From: a virus
Direction: 5' to 3' (one strand)
DNA: 40,310 nucleotides
Virus record (IMG/VR): IMGVR_UViG_3300045988_159991
Coordinates: 1-40,310 of that record
Shown here: positions 32,225 to 40,202 of the stretch, piece after piece
Position numbering within the stretch: position 1 is the first letter of the stretch
Layout of the letters: each line of letters opens with the position of its first letter
Program-made: the position numbers and the translations under genes
The notes under the pieces: model-generated
The model's input: only the letters and a program-made list of their open reading frames with translations
Told to the model about the DNA's origin: nothing
Databases searched by the model: none

Positions 32225-32271
32225 ATATCGACAGGCTGGCTATCTGGATGGTGTAATAATTACAAAATAGC

Positions 32272-32300
32272 TTGTAGTTAGCTACCTAGCTTGGTACTAT
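32272..32300 (+). promoter_or_regulatory. Candidate sigma70 promoter with an extended -10
   Basis: TTGTAG (32272-32277), then N14, TGg, TACTAT (32295-32300). This is the same -10 hexamer as P2. Confidence 0.4.
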
Positions 32301-32306
32301 ATCGGT

Positions 32307-32510
32307 GTAGCATATTGGGTTTTTGGTTGATTTTACTAGTATGCTTTGTACTTTCACCACACACAATCTTTTCTCGTAAACAGGTTTTCTCTTAATCTTT
32401 TCCTGTTTGCGGGTCATTACCTGTCGTGAGAGTGGTTTTTTGGCTAGTTTATCCCACTCTTACGATGCATATTGTGAAGACGCTCCACCTCACCCGGGGC
32501 GTCTTTTTTG
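32307..32510 (+). ncRNA. Candidate ~200-nt non-coding RNA or structured leader (promoter to terminator, no ORF)
   Basis: No ORF longer than 12 codons in this stretch. Internal stems: gtaaacagg/cctgtttgc (32377-32410) and agagtgg/ccactct (32430-32459). It ends in a strong intrinsic terminator. Confidence 0.4.
32476..32510 (+). terminator. Strong intrinsic terminator
   Basis: A stem of about 11 bp (gaagacgctcc / ggggcgtcttt) with a 9-nt loop, followed by ttttttgttt. Confidence 0.8.
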
Positions 32511-32533
32511 TTTACTGGTAAGATAGTAACAAG

Positions 32534-33727
32534 ATGAATGAATATTTTACTGATTTTTCTAATGAGCCACCGGGCAATATCCCCAGGGATAACCCTAACT
32601 GGATAGTTGACCAGAACCCAGGTAACTACATCGCTTTTACACCTGACCAGCATGGCTGTATCTGGATTAAGGCAGACAATAAGGGGCAAGTCTTTATCCG
32701 TTGTCGGCAATATGAGCCTGGCGCATCAGTTGTTGAGTCACTTACCAGGGTTATCGTCTGGACTAGCAATCAAAATATAGGTAGTTATGGTATTTTAGGA
32801 CACCGCTATAATAGGTCAGCCCCACAAGGTTTGACGCTAGGCTATATTCCCAGCTATGGACGATTGTCGCTGTTTCTATATGACGACACCCGGAATGAGG
32901 GGATAGCTTATCACTGGTATGACTGGTTACTAAACACACCTTATTGGGTGAGGTTTAGGTCAGATAATAATCGCCAGTACGCTAAGATATGGCGTGACGG
33001 CGAGGCTGAACCGGCCAACTGGCAGATAGATGCTGTACGTAGGTTCGGTGATAATAGTGGTGAGATAGGCTTAGTCAATTACACAGGTAGACCGGGTGAA
33101 GTAAGTGTGGCCTATACCCAGTACTCGTTCGCTACAGGCGGTGCTAGTGCACCTAGGTCACAAAACGCCATTGCCATCCAGGGCTCAGCTAGGATAGAAC
33201 GGGCTAATATTGATGTAATTAGGGGTAGGGCGGTCATAAATAAGAACATGTCTACCCAGCTATCTGGTAGGGCAGATATTCTTAAGTCGGTCGCCGCATC
33301 GATTGTCGGCAAGTCTAAGGTCGTCACGGGCGTAAACAAAGATATTCAACTTAGAGGCAAGGCTAGACTGAATAAGTATCAGACTAAGCAGATTAGCGGT
33401 AAGTCGGTTGTCAGCGTCTTTATTAAGCAGGCGTTTATCAAGGGCAGGACTAGGATACATATCCAACCGTCTCTCATACTGCTTGGAAGTGCCGTCGTTG
33501 CTAATGAAGCGACTACTACGATAAAGGGTGCATCTCGGATATATGGCGTATTCACAGCGTCTCTAAAGGGCAAGTCTGTTTTAAGACGACCACCACGACC
33601 AATGACACCACAGCACTGGCGCAACGCTGATACGCACTCACCTACCAAATGGCAAGGTGTAACCACCAAACCACAGCACTGGCGCAACGCTGATACGCAC
33701 TCACCGACCAAGTGGCAAGAACAATAA
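32534..33727 (+). CDS. Repeat-rich protein (397 aa): ConA/LamG-like N-domain (guess), ten ~14-aa xIxGxAxI repeats, duplicated Trp-containing C-terminal peptide
   Basis: Long ORF without an SD, bracketed by terminators. TGgTAAGAT lies 9 nt upstream of the ATG. Confidence 0.8.
   Translation: MNEYFTDFSNEPPGNIPRDNPNWIVDQNPGNYIAFTPDQHGCIWIKADNKGQVFIRCRQYEPGASVVESLTRVIVWTSNQNIGSYGILGHRYNRSAPQGLTLGYIPSYGRLSLFLYDDTRNEGIAYHWYDWLLNTPYWVRFRSDNNRQYAKIWRDGEAEPANWQIDAVRRFGDNSGEIGLVNYTGRPGEVSVAYTQYSFATGGASAPRSQNAIAIQGSARIERANIDVIRGRAVINKNMSTQLSGRADILKSVAASIVGKSKVVTGVNKDIQLRGKARLNKYQTKQISGKSVVSVFIKQAFIKGRTRIHIQPSLILLGSAVVANEATTTIKGASRIYGVFTASLKGKSVLRRPPRPMTPQHWRNADTHSPTKWQGVTTKPQHWRNADTHSPTKWQEQ
33607..33719 (+). 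repeat. Two 50-bp direct repeats with 63-bp period inside the CDS
   Basis: 33607-33656 and 33670-33719 differ at 2 positions, both synonymous (CCT/CCG, AAA/AAG). Each encodes PQHWRNADTHSPTKWQ. Confidence 0.9.
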
Positions 33728-33755
33728 AAAGCCACCCCGTAAGAGGTGGCTTTTT
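33726..33755. terminator. Bidirectional intrinsic terminator between convergent genes
   Basis: aaaaagccacc-ccgtaaga-ggtggcttttt. An A-tract lies on one side and a T-tract on the other. Confidence 0.85.
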
Positions 33756-33772
33756 AGTTGCGGCTGGGCGTA

Positions 33773-34864
33773 CTAGGCTATCGACTTGATGCCAGTAATC
33801 ACACTGTTGCGTCGTGGCTGTCGGTGGATTAGGTTACCAAGCATTACTAACCAACCAATCTTACCGTACTGGTTGATAGGCTGCATGAAGTCACGCATCT
33901 GCAAGAACGACGGTACTTGGTCTTTGATGTCTGAATATGTACCCTCAGTTATGTTGTTCTTGTTGTTGTAGTTGTTCAGGTCTTGACCCTTTAGATTGCG
34001 GTACTCCAAGTAGTGCTCGTTAATCCAGTAGAACCGACCGTTCGGGCACTTGTCATCAGCCACTACAGGCTTGCCACGGTAGCTGATAGCATCGACACCC
34101 CAAGCACCTTTCAGAGACTGAGCTGGTACGCTAGTGCCACGTGGGGTCTTGCCATTCACACGGTTGTAACCCGTAATGGCTGTAGCGTCATAGTGCGCCT
34201 GCAAGCTGTTGTTTTTGTGCAACAAGCTTTCAAACAGACTCCAAATCTGAGAGGTGGTGAAGGCAATGTCAGGTGACTCTTGCGATGAGCCCGCCGCTGA
34301 AGCATCGTCAAACGCCTTAGAGACAAGGTCAAGAGTCATCTTGCCGGCAGCCGCTGCGGTGACGTGACCGTTAATGTTCGGCAGTTCAGCACGGCTTAAA
34401 CCTGCATAAGAAGAGGTGGCAGTACCGTCGTCGACGATAAGCCCCAATCCATCAAAGTCTTTGCCGTTACCATAGCCATACAACAGATTGCCGACACCAT
34501 CAGCTAGAGAGTTCGCCGCCTCATCCATCTTTGCACCAAGCAAGCGTACAGCCCCCTTATTGGCGGTCTCGTTGACAGACTGCTCGATACCAGGGATAAC
34601 GATGCTCTGCTCATAACCCTTGACATACCAAGTCATGCTGCGCACGTTGTTAGTGGCTGAGGTGTCAAACTCATCCATACCATCAAATGAGCCACCAGTT
34701 GTTGAGTTAGCAATCTGGATAGGCTGATTGACAGTAGTACCTCGCCATGGCTTAGGGTTAGATAACGCCCTGGCGGTAAAGATGTTGCTCTGATTGACTG
34801 TATCCACAATCGACGGCAATATCTCGTTGTAGGTAATTGACTTAATTCGTTCAGAAAATACCAT
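33773..34864 (-). CDS. Major capsid protein (HK97-fold type), 363 aa
   Basis: Strong SD (TAAGGAGAAGAA). Blocks typical of podovirus-type MCPs as recalled from memory: SYAGLSRAE, MTLDLVSKAFD, PDIAFTT...W, YRGKPVVADDKCPNGRFYWINEHYL. It is flanked by a hairpin and a terminator. Confidence 0.7.
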   Translation of the reverse strand: MVFSERIKSITYNEILPSIVDTVNQSNIFTARALSNPKPWRGTTVNQPIQIANSTTGGSFDGMDEFDTSATNNVRSMTWYVKGYEQSIVIPGIEQSVNETANKGAVRLLGAKMDEAANSLADGVGNLLYGYGNGKDFDGLGLIVDDGTATSSYAGLSRAELPNINGHVTAAAAGKMTLDLVSKAFDDASAAGSSQESPDIAFTTSQIWSLFESLLHKNNSLQAHYDATAITGYNRVNGKTPRGTSVPAQSLKGAWGVDAISYRGKPVVADDKCPNGRFYWINEHYLEYRNLKGQDLNNYNNKNNITEGTYSDIKDQVPSFLQMRDFMQPINQYGKIGWLVMLGNLIHRQPRRNSVITGIKSIA

Positions 34865-34888
34865 TTCTTCTCCTTACTTATCTTATAG

Positions 34889-34913
34889 GGTGAATATACC
34901 ACAGATATTCACC
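34889..34913 (-). promoter_or_regulatory. Perfect 9-bp hairpin upstream of the capsid gene (processing/stability site, or overlapping TGgTATATT extended -10)
   Basis: ggtgaatat-N7-atattcacc. The minus strand reads ctgTGgTATATTcacc 24 nt before the SD. Confidence 0.45.
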
Positions 34914-34932
34914 TAAACTGTGACCGTTTTAG

Positions 34933-36762
34933 TTATTGCCCCAGCATGTTATAGATTGACTGTATCTTAAGTCTAGCTTTCACCGGATTGTCGGCGATAT
35001 CAGGCACCATTGACATGTATGACTTGATATCCATATCAGATAATGTGCCGCTATCACCACTGGCTCTAGCTAAAGCTACGGCTAAAGCTTGACGCTGAGT
35101 GTTGTATGCTCCTGCCGCCGGGTTGACGCTGTCAGCGGTAATGGCATTGAGGGCATTAGTTAAGTGCCCACCTACACCATGCCCGCCACCGGCTTGTCGG
35201 TACAGTTTCATCAAGTTGCTCATCTGAGTGCGGGCAGAGTTCTGTTTAGCTGCCGTTTTAGCATCAGCGGCACTGCTTTTAGCGGTTGAGGCTTTAGCGG
35301 CGGCTTTAGTTCTGCTATCTAACAGGTCGATAATACCGCCGATAGACTTGGCTGCGTTAGTATTGCCGTCAGTTAGTGCCTTGACGTAAGCATTCTCTAA
35401 ATCTTCTCTGGTGTAGCCCGCAATAGTGTCATTATTCACTGAATTAGCAGCAGCTAGCCCGTTAGATACATCTCTTGAGTTACCGGTAACGCCGCCCATA
35501 GCTGAGCCCATTCCGTCATCCTCTGAGCCGGCACCGGGCATACTAGCACCTCTAGCCCGTCTACCGCCCAGCTGGTCACCCAGTATGGATAGTGCTCCAA
35601 TACCGCCTACTGCGACTGCGCCTCGCTTGATAGCCTTCTGTACGCCCTCGTCTCTAAGCTTATCGGCAGCGCCTACTAAGGTTGAGCCAAGCTTGCCTGT
35701 CGCCGCTTGAGCCGGTGTGCCGACTAAGGTATCCAGTAAGTTAGTCAGCCCTTTAGGCATACCGCCCATACCACGACCACCACCTGAGTTACCCAGCAAA
35801 GCACCACCGCCCTGAGCCTGGTCAGATAATCGCTCCAGCTTCTCACCGTTGACAAAGTCACGCTTAAATGAGCGCAAGTTAGCAATAGTCCTCTCTGCCG
35901 CCGGGGTGGCTTCCAGTTCCTGAGCCAGCTTATCGTAAGCTTTCATGAAAGGTGTATTGTTCTGCAACCTAGCCTCACCTGCCAGTCTTTTTAGCTCATT
36001 GATAGAGTTCTCGTACAGTTCTTGAGTGGCACCCGGTCTAACCTGTTCTACGGCGTTATCGATACCTGTAGCAATCTTGTCGCCCATATCCATCATCAAT
36101 CCGCCCAAGGTCTTATCACCAGCTTTGTTGGCTGTATACATCAGCCTACTGCCCTCGCTCTTGAGTAATTTCTCCATCTGTGTAGGCGTGTAGTGGTCGA
36201 TTAGCGGTCGTAAATTAGACGGAAAGCTGTTCAATACCGCCTCGTATTCACGGGTAGGTAAGTCAAAATGAGTCATATCCAGTACATCAGTAGCCGACCT
36301 GGTGCTGTTGATTGCTTTGTCCAAAATGGCGTCTTCAGTGCCCGTTAATGTCCGTCCCAGCTCTGCCTGAGCCCCTGGGTCTGAGATACCTGTCCGTCTG
36401 AACACTTCGGCAATGTTGTGCTTAGCGTCCGGGGCAACTTTAGCCATACCGGCTCTGGTGACGCTTCTGCCCGTGTTCATTGCCGTCTCGCCGCTCTTCT
36501 CCAGCAAATCAGCCACTGAGTTCAGAAAACCACCTTTTTTGACCACGCTCTGAGCAGTATCATCAGCTATCTCACGCCCTAGATTAGATAAGGCACTCTT
36601 GCCTAAGCCTCTAGAGGCACTGGCTACTGCGACATTAGCTAAATCGTCGCCATAGTTTCTAGCTAGGCTACTTGCTAACCCCCTGGAGGCACTATTAGCA
36701 ACTCCTCGGGCAATATCATCGCCTGAGCTTCTAAATAGCTTGCTTAAAATGTTACTAAACAT
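34933..36762 (-). CDS. Internal virion / ejection-like protein candidate (609 aa), Ala/Gly-rich
   Basis: SD GGAGGAGG. N-terminal ILSKLFRSSGDDIARGVA...RNYGDD is shared with 25998..27293. Gly-rich segments are present. No tail-tube context is present that would support a tape-measure call. Confidence 0.85.
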   Translation of the reverse strand: MFSNILSKLFRSSGDDIARGVANSASRGLASSLARNYGDDLANVAVASASRGLGKSALSNLGREIADDTAQSVVKKGGFLNSVADLLEKSGETAMNTGRSVTRAGMAKVAPDAKHNIAEVFRRTGISDPGAQAELGRTLTGTEDAILDKAINSTRSATDVLDMTHFDLPTREYEAVLNSFPSNLRPLIDHYTPTQMEKLLKSEGSRLMYTANKAGDKTLGGLMMDMGDKIATGIDNAVEQVRPGATQELYENSINELKRLAGEARLQNNTPFMKAYDKLAQELEATPAAERTIANLRSFKRDFVNGEKLERLSDQAQGGGALLGNSGGGRGMGGMPKGLTNLLDTLVGTPAQAATGKLGSTLVGAADKLRDEGVQKAIKRGAVAVGGIGALSILGDQLGGRRARGASMPGAGSEDDGMGSAMGGVTGNSRDVSNGLAAANSVNNDTIAGYTREDLENAYVKALTDGNTNAAKSIGGIIDLLDSRTKAAAKASTAKSSAADAKTAAKQNSARTQMSNLMKLYRQAGGGHGVGGHLTNALNAITADSVNPAAGAYNTQRQALAVALARASGDSGTLSDMDIKSYMSMVPDIADNPVKARLKIQSIYNMLGQ

Positions 36763-37604
36763 TAGTAGTAGCCTCCTCCATATTCATCTTCATCATCTTG
36801 ATACTGGTCTTGATACTGGTTCTGTCCACCGCCAAATAACGGTAATAGTTTACTGCCACCATATAAAGCACCGCCGCCTAAAGCTACCTTGCCCATAGTA
36901 GACTTGGGCAGATACTTACGCCAATCAGTGCCTGCCAGCTTATTCTTTAGGCTGCCAAACTTTTCAAACCCGATAGGCATAGCTGCGCCCATTGCTGCGC
37001 CCATAGGTATGCGCCCCAAAGCATCACTGAGCTTTGTGTTTTGACCACCTTCACGATAGGTACTAGCCACATCTCTCGCTGCACCTGCTAGGGCGTTCCT
37101 AACCAGCGCACCTCGGCCAATCTTGCCTGCTGAGGTTAAGGCTTTGACGCCTGACGCTCCCGGGATGATGTTCATAAGGCTCTCGACACCAGCTCCAATA
37201 TCTGAGACGGGGTCACGATTGTTCTGCTTGTAAGTATTACCCATCAAATCGACCGCCGCTGTTCCAGCTTGGTACATCGGGTTGACAATACCGCCGATTA
37301 TCCCGTTACCAAGAGGCTTATATCGCCAATCTTTCTCCTCCTGTTCATAGGCTTTGCCCAGCGTGTCCAGTCCGCTCTTAGCTTGAGCTCTGGCATTGTT
37401 GTAAGAGTTCATGATTGCTGAACGTCTAGCCTGCTCCTCGGGGTTAAGGCTACCCCAATCGACACCCTCGATATTTTTGGCGTAATAGTCATTAGCCTGT
37501 TGGTTCAGCTGATTAGCTTTATCTATCTGGCTGTTGACCGTATCACGGTCATATTGCCGTCCTGTGCCAAACAGTAGCTTGCCTAAATTACCTAGAATAT
37601 CCAT
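36762..37604 (-). CDS. Internal virion protein candidate (280 aa)
   Basis: SD GGAGGGAG. N-terminal MDILGNLGKLLFG. The C-terminus ends ...DDEDEYGGGYY. Confidence 0.85.
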   Translation of the reverse strand: MDILGNLGKLLFGTGRQYDRDTVNSQIDKANQLNQQANDYYAKNIEGVDWGSLNPEEQARRSAIMNSYNNARAQAKSGLDTLGKAYEQEEKDWRYKPLGNGIIGGIVNPMYQAGTAAVDLMGNTYKQNNRDPVSDIGAGVESLMNIIPGASGVKALTSAGKIGRGALVRNALAGAARDVASTYREGGQNTKLSDALGRIPMGAAMGAAMPIGFEKFGSLKNKLAGTDWRKYLPKSTMGKVALGGGALYGGSKLLPLFGGGQNQYQDQYQDDEDEYGGGYY

Positions 37605-37606
37605 AT

Positions 37607-38539
37607 TTACCAGCTCCCTCCGCCATTGTCGCTAGGTTGATCGCCCCAGCGGTCTTCTATACCTTTATTAGCCCACAGTGAACCACCGCCAAACAAAGCT
37701 AACGGTCCATACATTTTAATAGCGTCACCAAAGTTGTTAGCCTTGGTGGCATAAAACGGCTGTTGTCGCTTTCTCGGAGTGTAGGTGTTGTTGTTGGGGG
37801 GCTTATCGGTATTGCTTCTACTAGGCTGACGCTGAGACAGATAGTTGCCTATGCTCGCCGCCTTTACTCGGGCATCAGCGGCTAACTTAGCGCGGTAGTT
37901 CTCCTGTTGCGCTTTCCACCTATCTAACGCCATCTGGTCTTGTGCTAACTGATACTTATCTCGTGCACCATACTCATTAGCCAGCAAGCCTCTATCTTGC
38001 TGGTTCATCTGGTAAGCAGAGTTGCGCTGACCAAGTAAAGTTGACCAGACGCTACGCAAAGCATCCAAGGTCTTCTCCTGGTCGCTCATCTGATTGCCAG
38101 CCACGTACTGCGTCTCCTGCATACCTCGATTAGCTAAATCAGTGTAATCCTGCAAAGTGTTGTTGTAGTTCTGACTGAGCATGTTCATGGTGTTAGCGTT
38201 ATCACCTTGCCTTGACTGCGTAATCCGTGATAACTGAGCCTGGGTCAAATTGCCGCCGTACTGCTGTCTGATAGTATCGGGCATGCGGTTGATAGTATCG
38301 TTGAGCTGGTCTACTGCGCCTCTGGCTTGCTGGTAACTAGTCCTAGCCTTATTTATCTCATCGGTGTTGAGATACCTGTCTCTGGCTGCGTTATATATGT
38401 CACCAAAGCTCTGACGCTTATCAAAGGCGTTGTTATACTTGCCATACGCCTCATCTGCCTGTTGTTGGTAGGCATTGTATTTCTGATAACTAGCGTCTGC
38501 GTTTCGGTTAGCTGATGCAATACGTCCACTAAAATCCAT
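37607..38539 (-). CDS. Q/N-rich coiled-coil virion protein (310 aa), tandem paralogue of 38582..39409
   Basis: SD TAGGAG. Shared blocks include QQYGGNLTQAQLSRI against QRFGGNLTEEELERV. It ends GGGSW. Confidence 0.85.
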   Translation of the reverse strand: MDFSGRIASANRNADASYQKYNAYQQQADEAYGKYNNAFDKRQSFGDIYNAARDRYLNTDEINKARTSYQQARGAVDQLNDTINRMPDTIRQQYGGNLTQAQLSRITQSRQGDNANTMNMLSQNYNNTLQDYTDLANRGMQETQYVAGNQMSDQEKTLDALRSVWSTLLGQRNSAYQMNQQDRGLLANEYGARDKYQLAQDQMALDRWKAQQENYRAKLAADARVKAASIGNYLSQRQPSRSNTDKPPNNNTYTPRKRQQPFYATKANNFGDAIKMYGPLALFGGGSLWANKGIEDRWGDQPSDNGGGSW

Positions 38540-38581
38540 CTAAACTCCTATTCTTAGGATTATCGTAACACAGTAGCCTCG

Positions 38582-39409
38582 CTAATAAGCCCCCGCATAA
38601 GCACCGCCTTCGTATCTTCTGAAGTATTCAGCCAGTGATAGCTCACCTGACTGGGTCTTAGCAATATCTGACCGCTTGCGGGCAGTAGCTAACATAGCAT
38701 TGTATTCACGCTCTGAACTAGCTTTGGCTCGGCTAAGCTCTGAGTTGATAGCGTTCTGGTATCGTTTAGTTCTGTTAGCCTCTATCTCTCGCTCCATCTG
38801 CATCCAGCGTTGCTTAATATTCCACCAGTCATAAGCACTCTGAACCGATTGTTGCTGGTATCTAGCCTGGGTAGCCATATCTGACCACTGCTCTTCGTTC
38901 TTAACTGCCGTATTCCAGTCATCAGCCCGCCTCTTGATACCTGACCAGTAGCTGTCACTTTGCTTATTAGTTAGCCCTAGTGCCTGATTGAAAGCTTTCT
39001 CCACCCTAGAGTGGTAATCGTTAAACTTGGTCTGGTAGCTAGCCTCGTATTGCTTAAATCGGCTGGTGAGGGCTTCTTCTTGAGGCTCTTTGACCCTCTC
39101 TAGCTCCTCTTCGGTTAGGTTGCCGCCAAAACGTTGAACAATAGTAGTACTGAGCCTATCCAGCTGGTCTTTAACTACCGCTAGTGCCTCTTTAGACTTA
39201 TCTAGGGTAGTTTTAGTGCCTGATACGTCTAAGTCTTGTTCTGATTGACGCTTGTACTGGTCATATATCGTCTGGTAATCGGGGCGTTGATTGAAAGCAA
39301 TATCATAAGCTTGCTTAGCCTGCTTGGTCTGCTCTTGTGCGGCACCGTATGCACCGTAAGTCTGGTCTACATATTGTTGAGCTTCTTGTAGCCGTCTTTG
39401 CCAATCCAT
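38582..39409 (-). CDS. Q-rich coiled-coil virion protein (275 aa), tandem paralogue of 37607..38539
   Basis: No SD. TATAAT-N6-ATG lies directly upstream (39421-39407, minus strand). It ends GGAYAGAY. Confidence 0.85.
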   Translation of the reverse strand: MDWQRRLQEAQQYVDQTYGAYGAAQEQTKQAKQAYDIAFNQRPDYQTIYDQYKRQSEQDLDVSGTKTTLDKSKEALAVVKDQLDRLSTTIVQRFGGNLTEEELERVKEPQEEALTSRFKQYEASYQTKFNDYHSRVEKAFNQALGLTNKQSDSYWSGIKRRADDWNTAVKNEEQWSDMATQARYQQQSVQSAYDWWNIKQRWMQMEREIEANRTKRYQNAINSELSRAKASSEREYNAMLATARKRSDIAKTQSGELSLAEYFRRYEGGAYAGAY

Positions 39410-39416
39410 AGTCTTA

Positions 39417-40202
39417 TTATAAATGGTAAGGGGTAATTAGCGTCGTGATATCAAAAGTGATACCAGTTAGCCACCACCAGCTCCACCATTGTGAGGTAAA
39501 CCACCATTGACCGCCAGCCGACCTATTACCCCACGCCCACGCCACAGTAGAGTAGATATCGATATCGCCATTATCTCTTGGCTCGATAGAAAAACCACAA
39601 TGGATACTCGGGTCAGTCATCATCGACATGGTCGGCTGTGAGCCGTTGATATAACCCCTAGTCGGATAATTACCACTTGGTGAAAATGCCCAGACAAATA
39701 GTTCGTTAGTCGCACCGACAGATGTCACGTTTTCTGTAATATTGAAGTTAGAGTAGGCAAAGATAGCGTCGGTGCTGTTAGCTGGAAAATAGACATCAAA
39801 GTTGCCATCACCATCATACTGCCACCAAGCCTCATGGATAGTTGACCTGAGGTTACCGTTGCCAATCTCGCTATGAGCTAGATTGATTATTCTAAGTTGT
39901 CCTTTAGGTATACCAGTCCTAATGGTATGAACATGCTTTTTGTGCATACCTTGACCTGACCTGAAGACGTTATCCCAAGTAAATGGATTGGGTGTAACTG
40001 GTGGTTCTGGGGCATCACCTAGTACAGTGAACTTATACGTTCTAATCTGAGGTGTTTTACGTGATATATCCGTCCCAATCAGCTTGTAGGCACTGTTCAG
40101 ATAGACGACGTTATCGTCATAAGGTGATAGTACTTTTAGCCCATAATCTGCTCTTGGTACAATGCCGCCATCTTTGGGCGGTAGTTCATACTCGTCAATC
40201 AT
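39417..40202 (-). CDS. Tail-associated protein (261 aa) with an extreme Trp cluster near the C-terminus
   Basis: SD GGTGG. ATGA overlap with the junction-spanning gene. QWWFTSQWWSWWW is encoded at 39471-39509. Confidence 0.85.
   Translation of the reverse strand: MIDEYELPPKDGGIVPRADYGLKVLSPYDDNVVYLNSAYKLIGTDISRKTPQIRTYKFTVLGDAPEPPVTPNPFTWDNVFRSGQGMHKKHVHTIRTGIPKGQLRIINLAHSEIGNGNLRSTIHEAWWQYDGDGNFDVYFPANSTDAIFAYSNFNITENVTSVGATNELFVWAFSPSGNYPTRGYINGSQPTMSMMTDPSIHCGFSIEPRDNGDIDIYSTVAWAWGNRSAGGQWWFTSQWWSWWWLTGITFDITTLITPYHL

Noticed and set aside
33607-33719. Regularly spaced repeats, checked as a possible CRISPR array or a DGR template/variable repeat pair.
   Set aside because: There are only two copies. 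They are in frame inside a CDS and differ only at synonymous sites. The window has no cas genes, no reverse transcriptase and no adenine-specific mismatches.
33112-33735. Three minus-strand ORFs (75, 68 and 118 aa) inside the 397-aa gene, plus 32444..32710 across its start.
   Set aside because: They are antisense to a long ORF. They would have to be transcribed through the strong plus-strand terminator and the bidirectional terminator. They have no SD sites.
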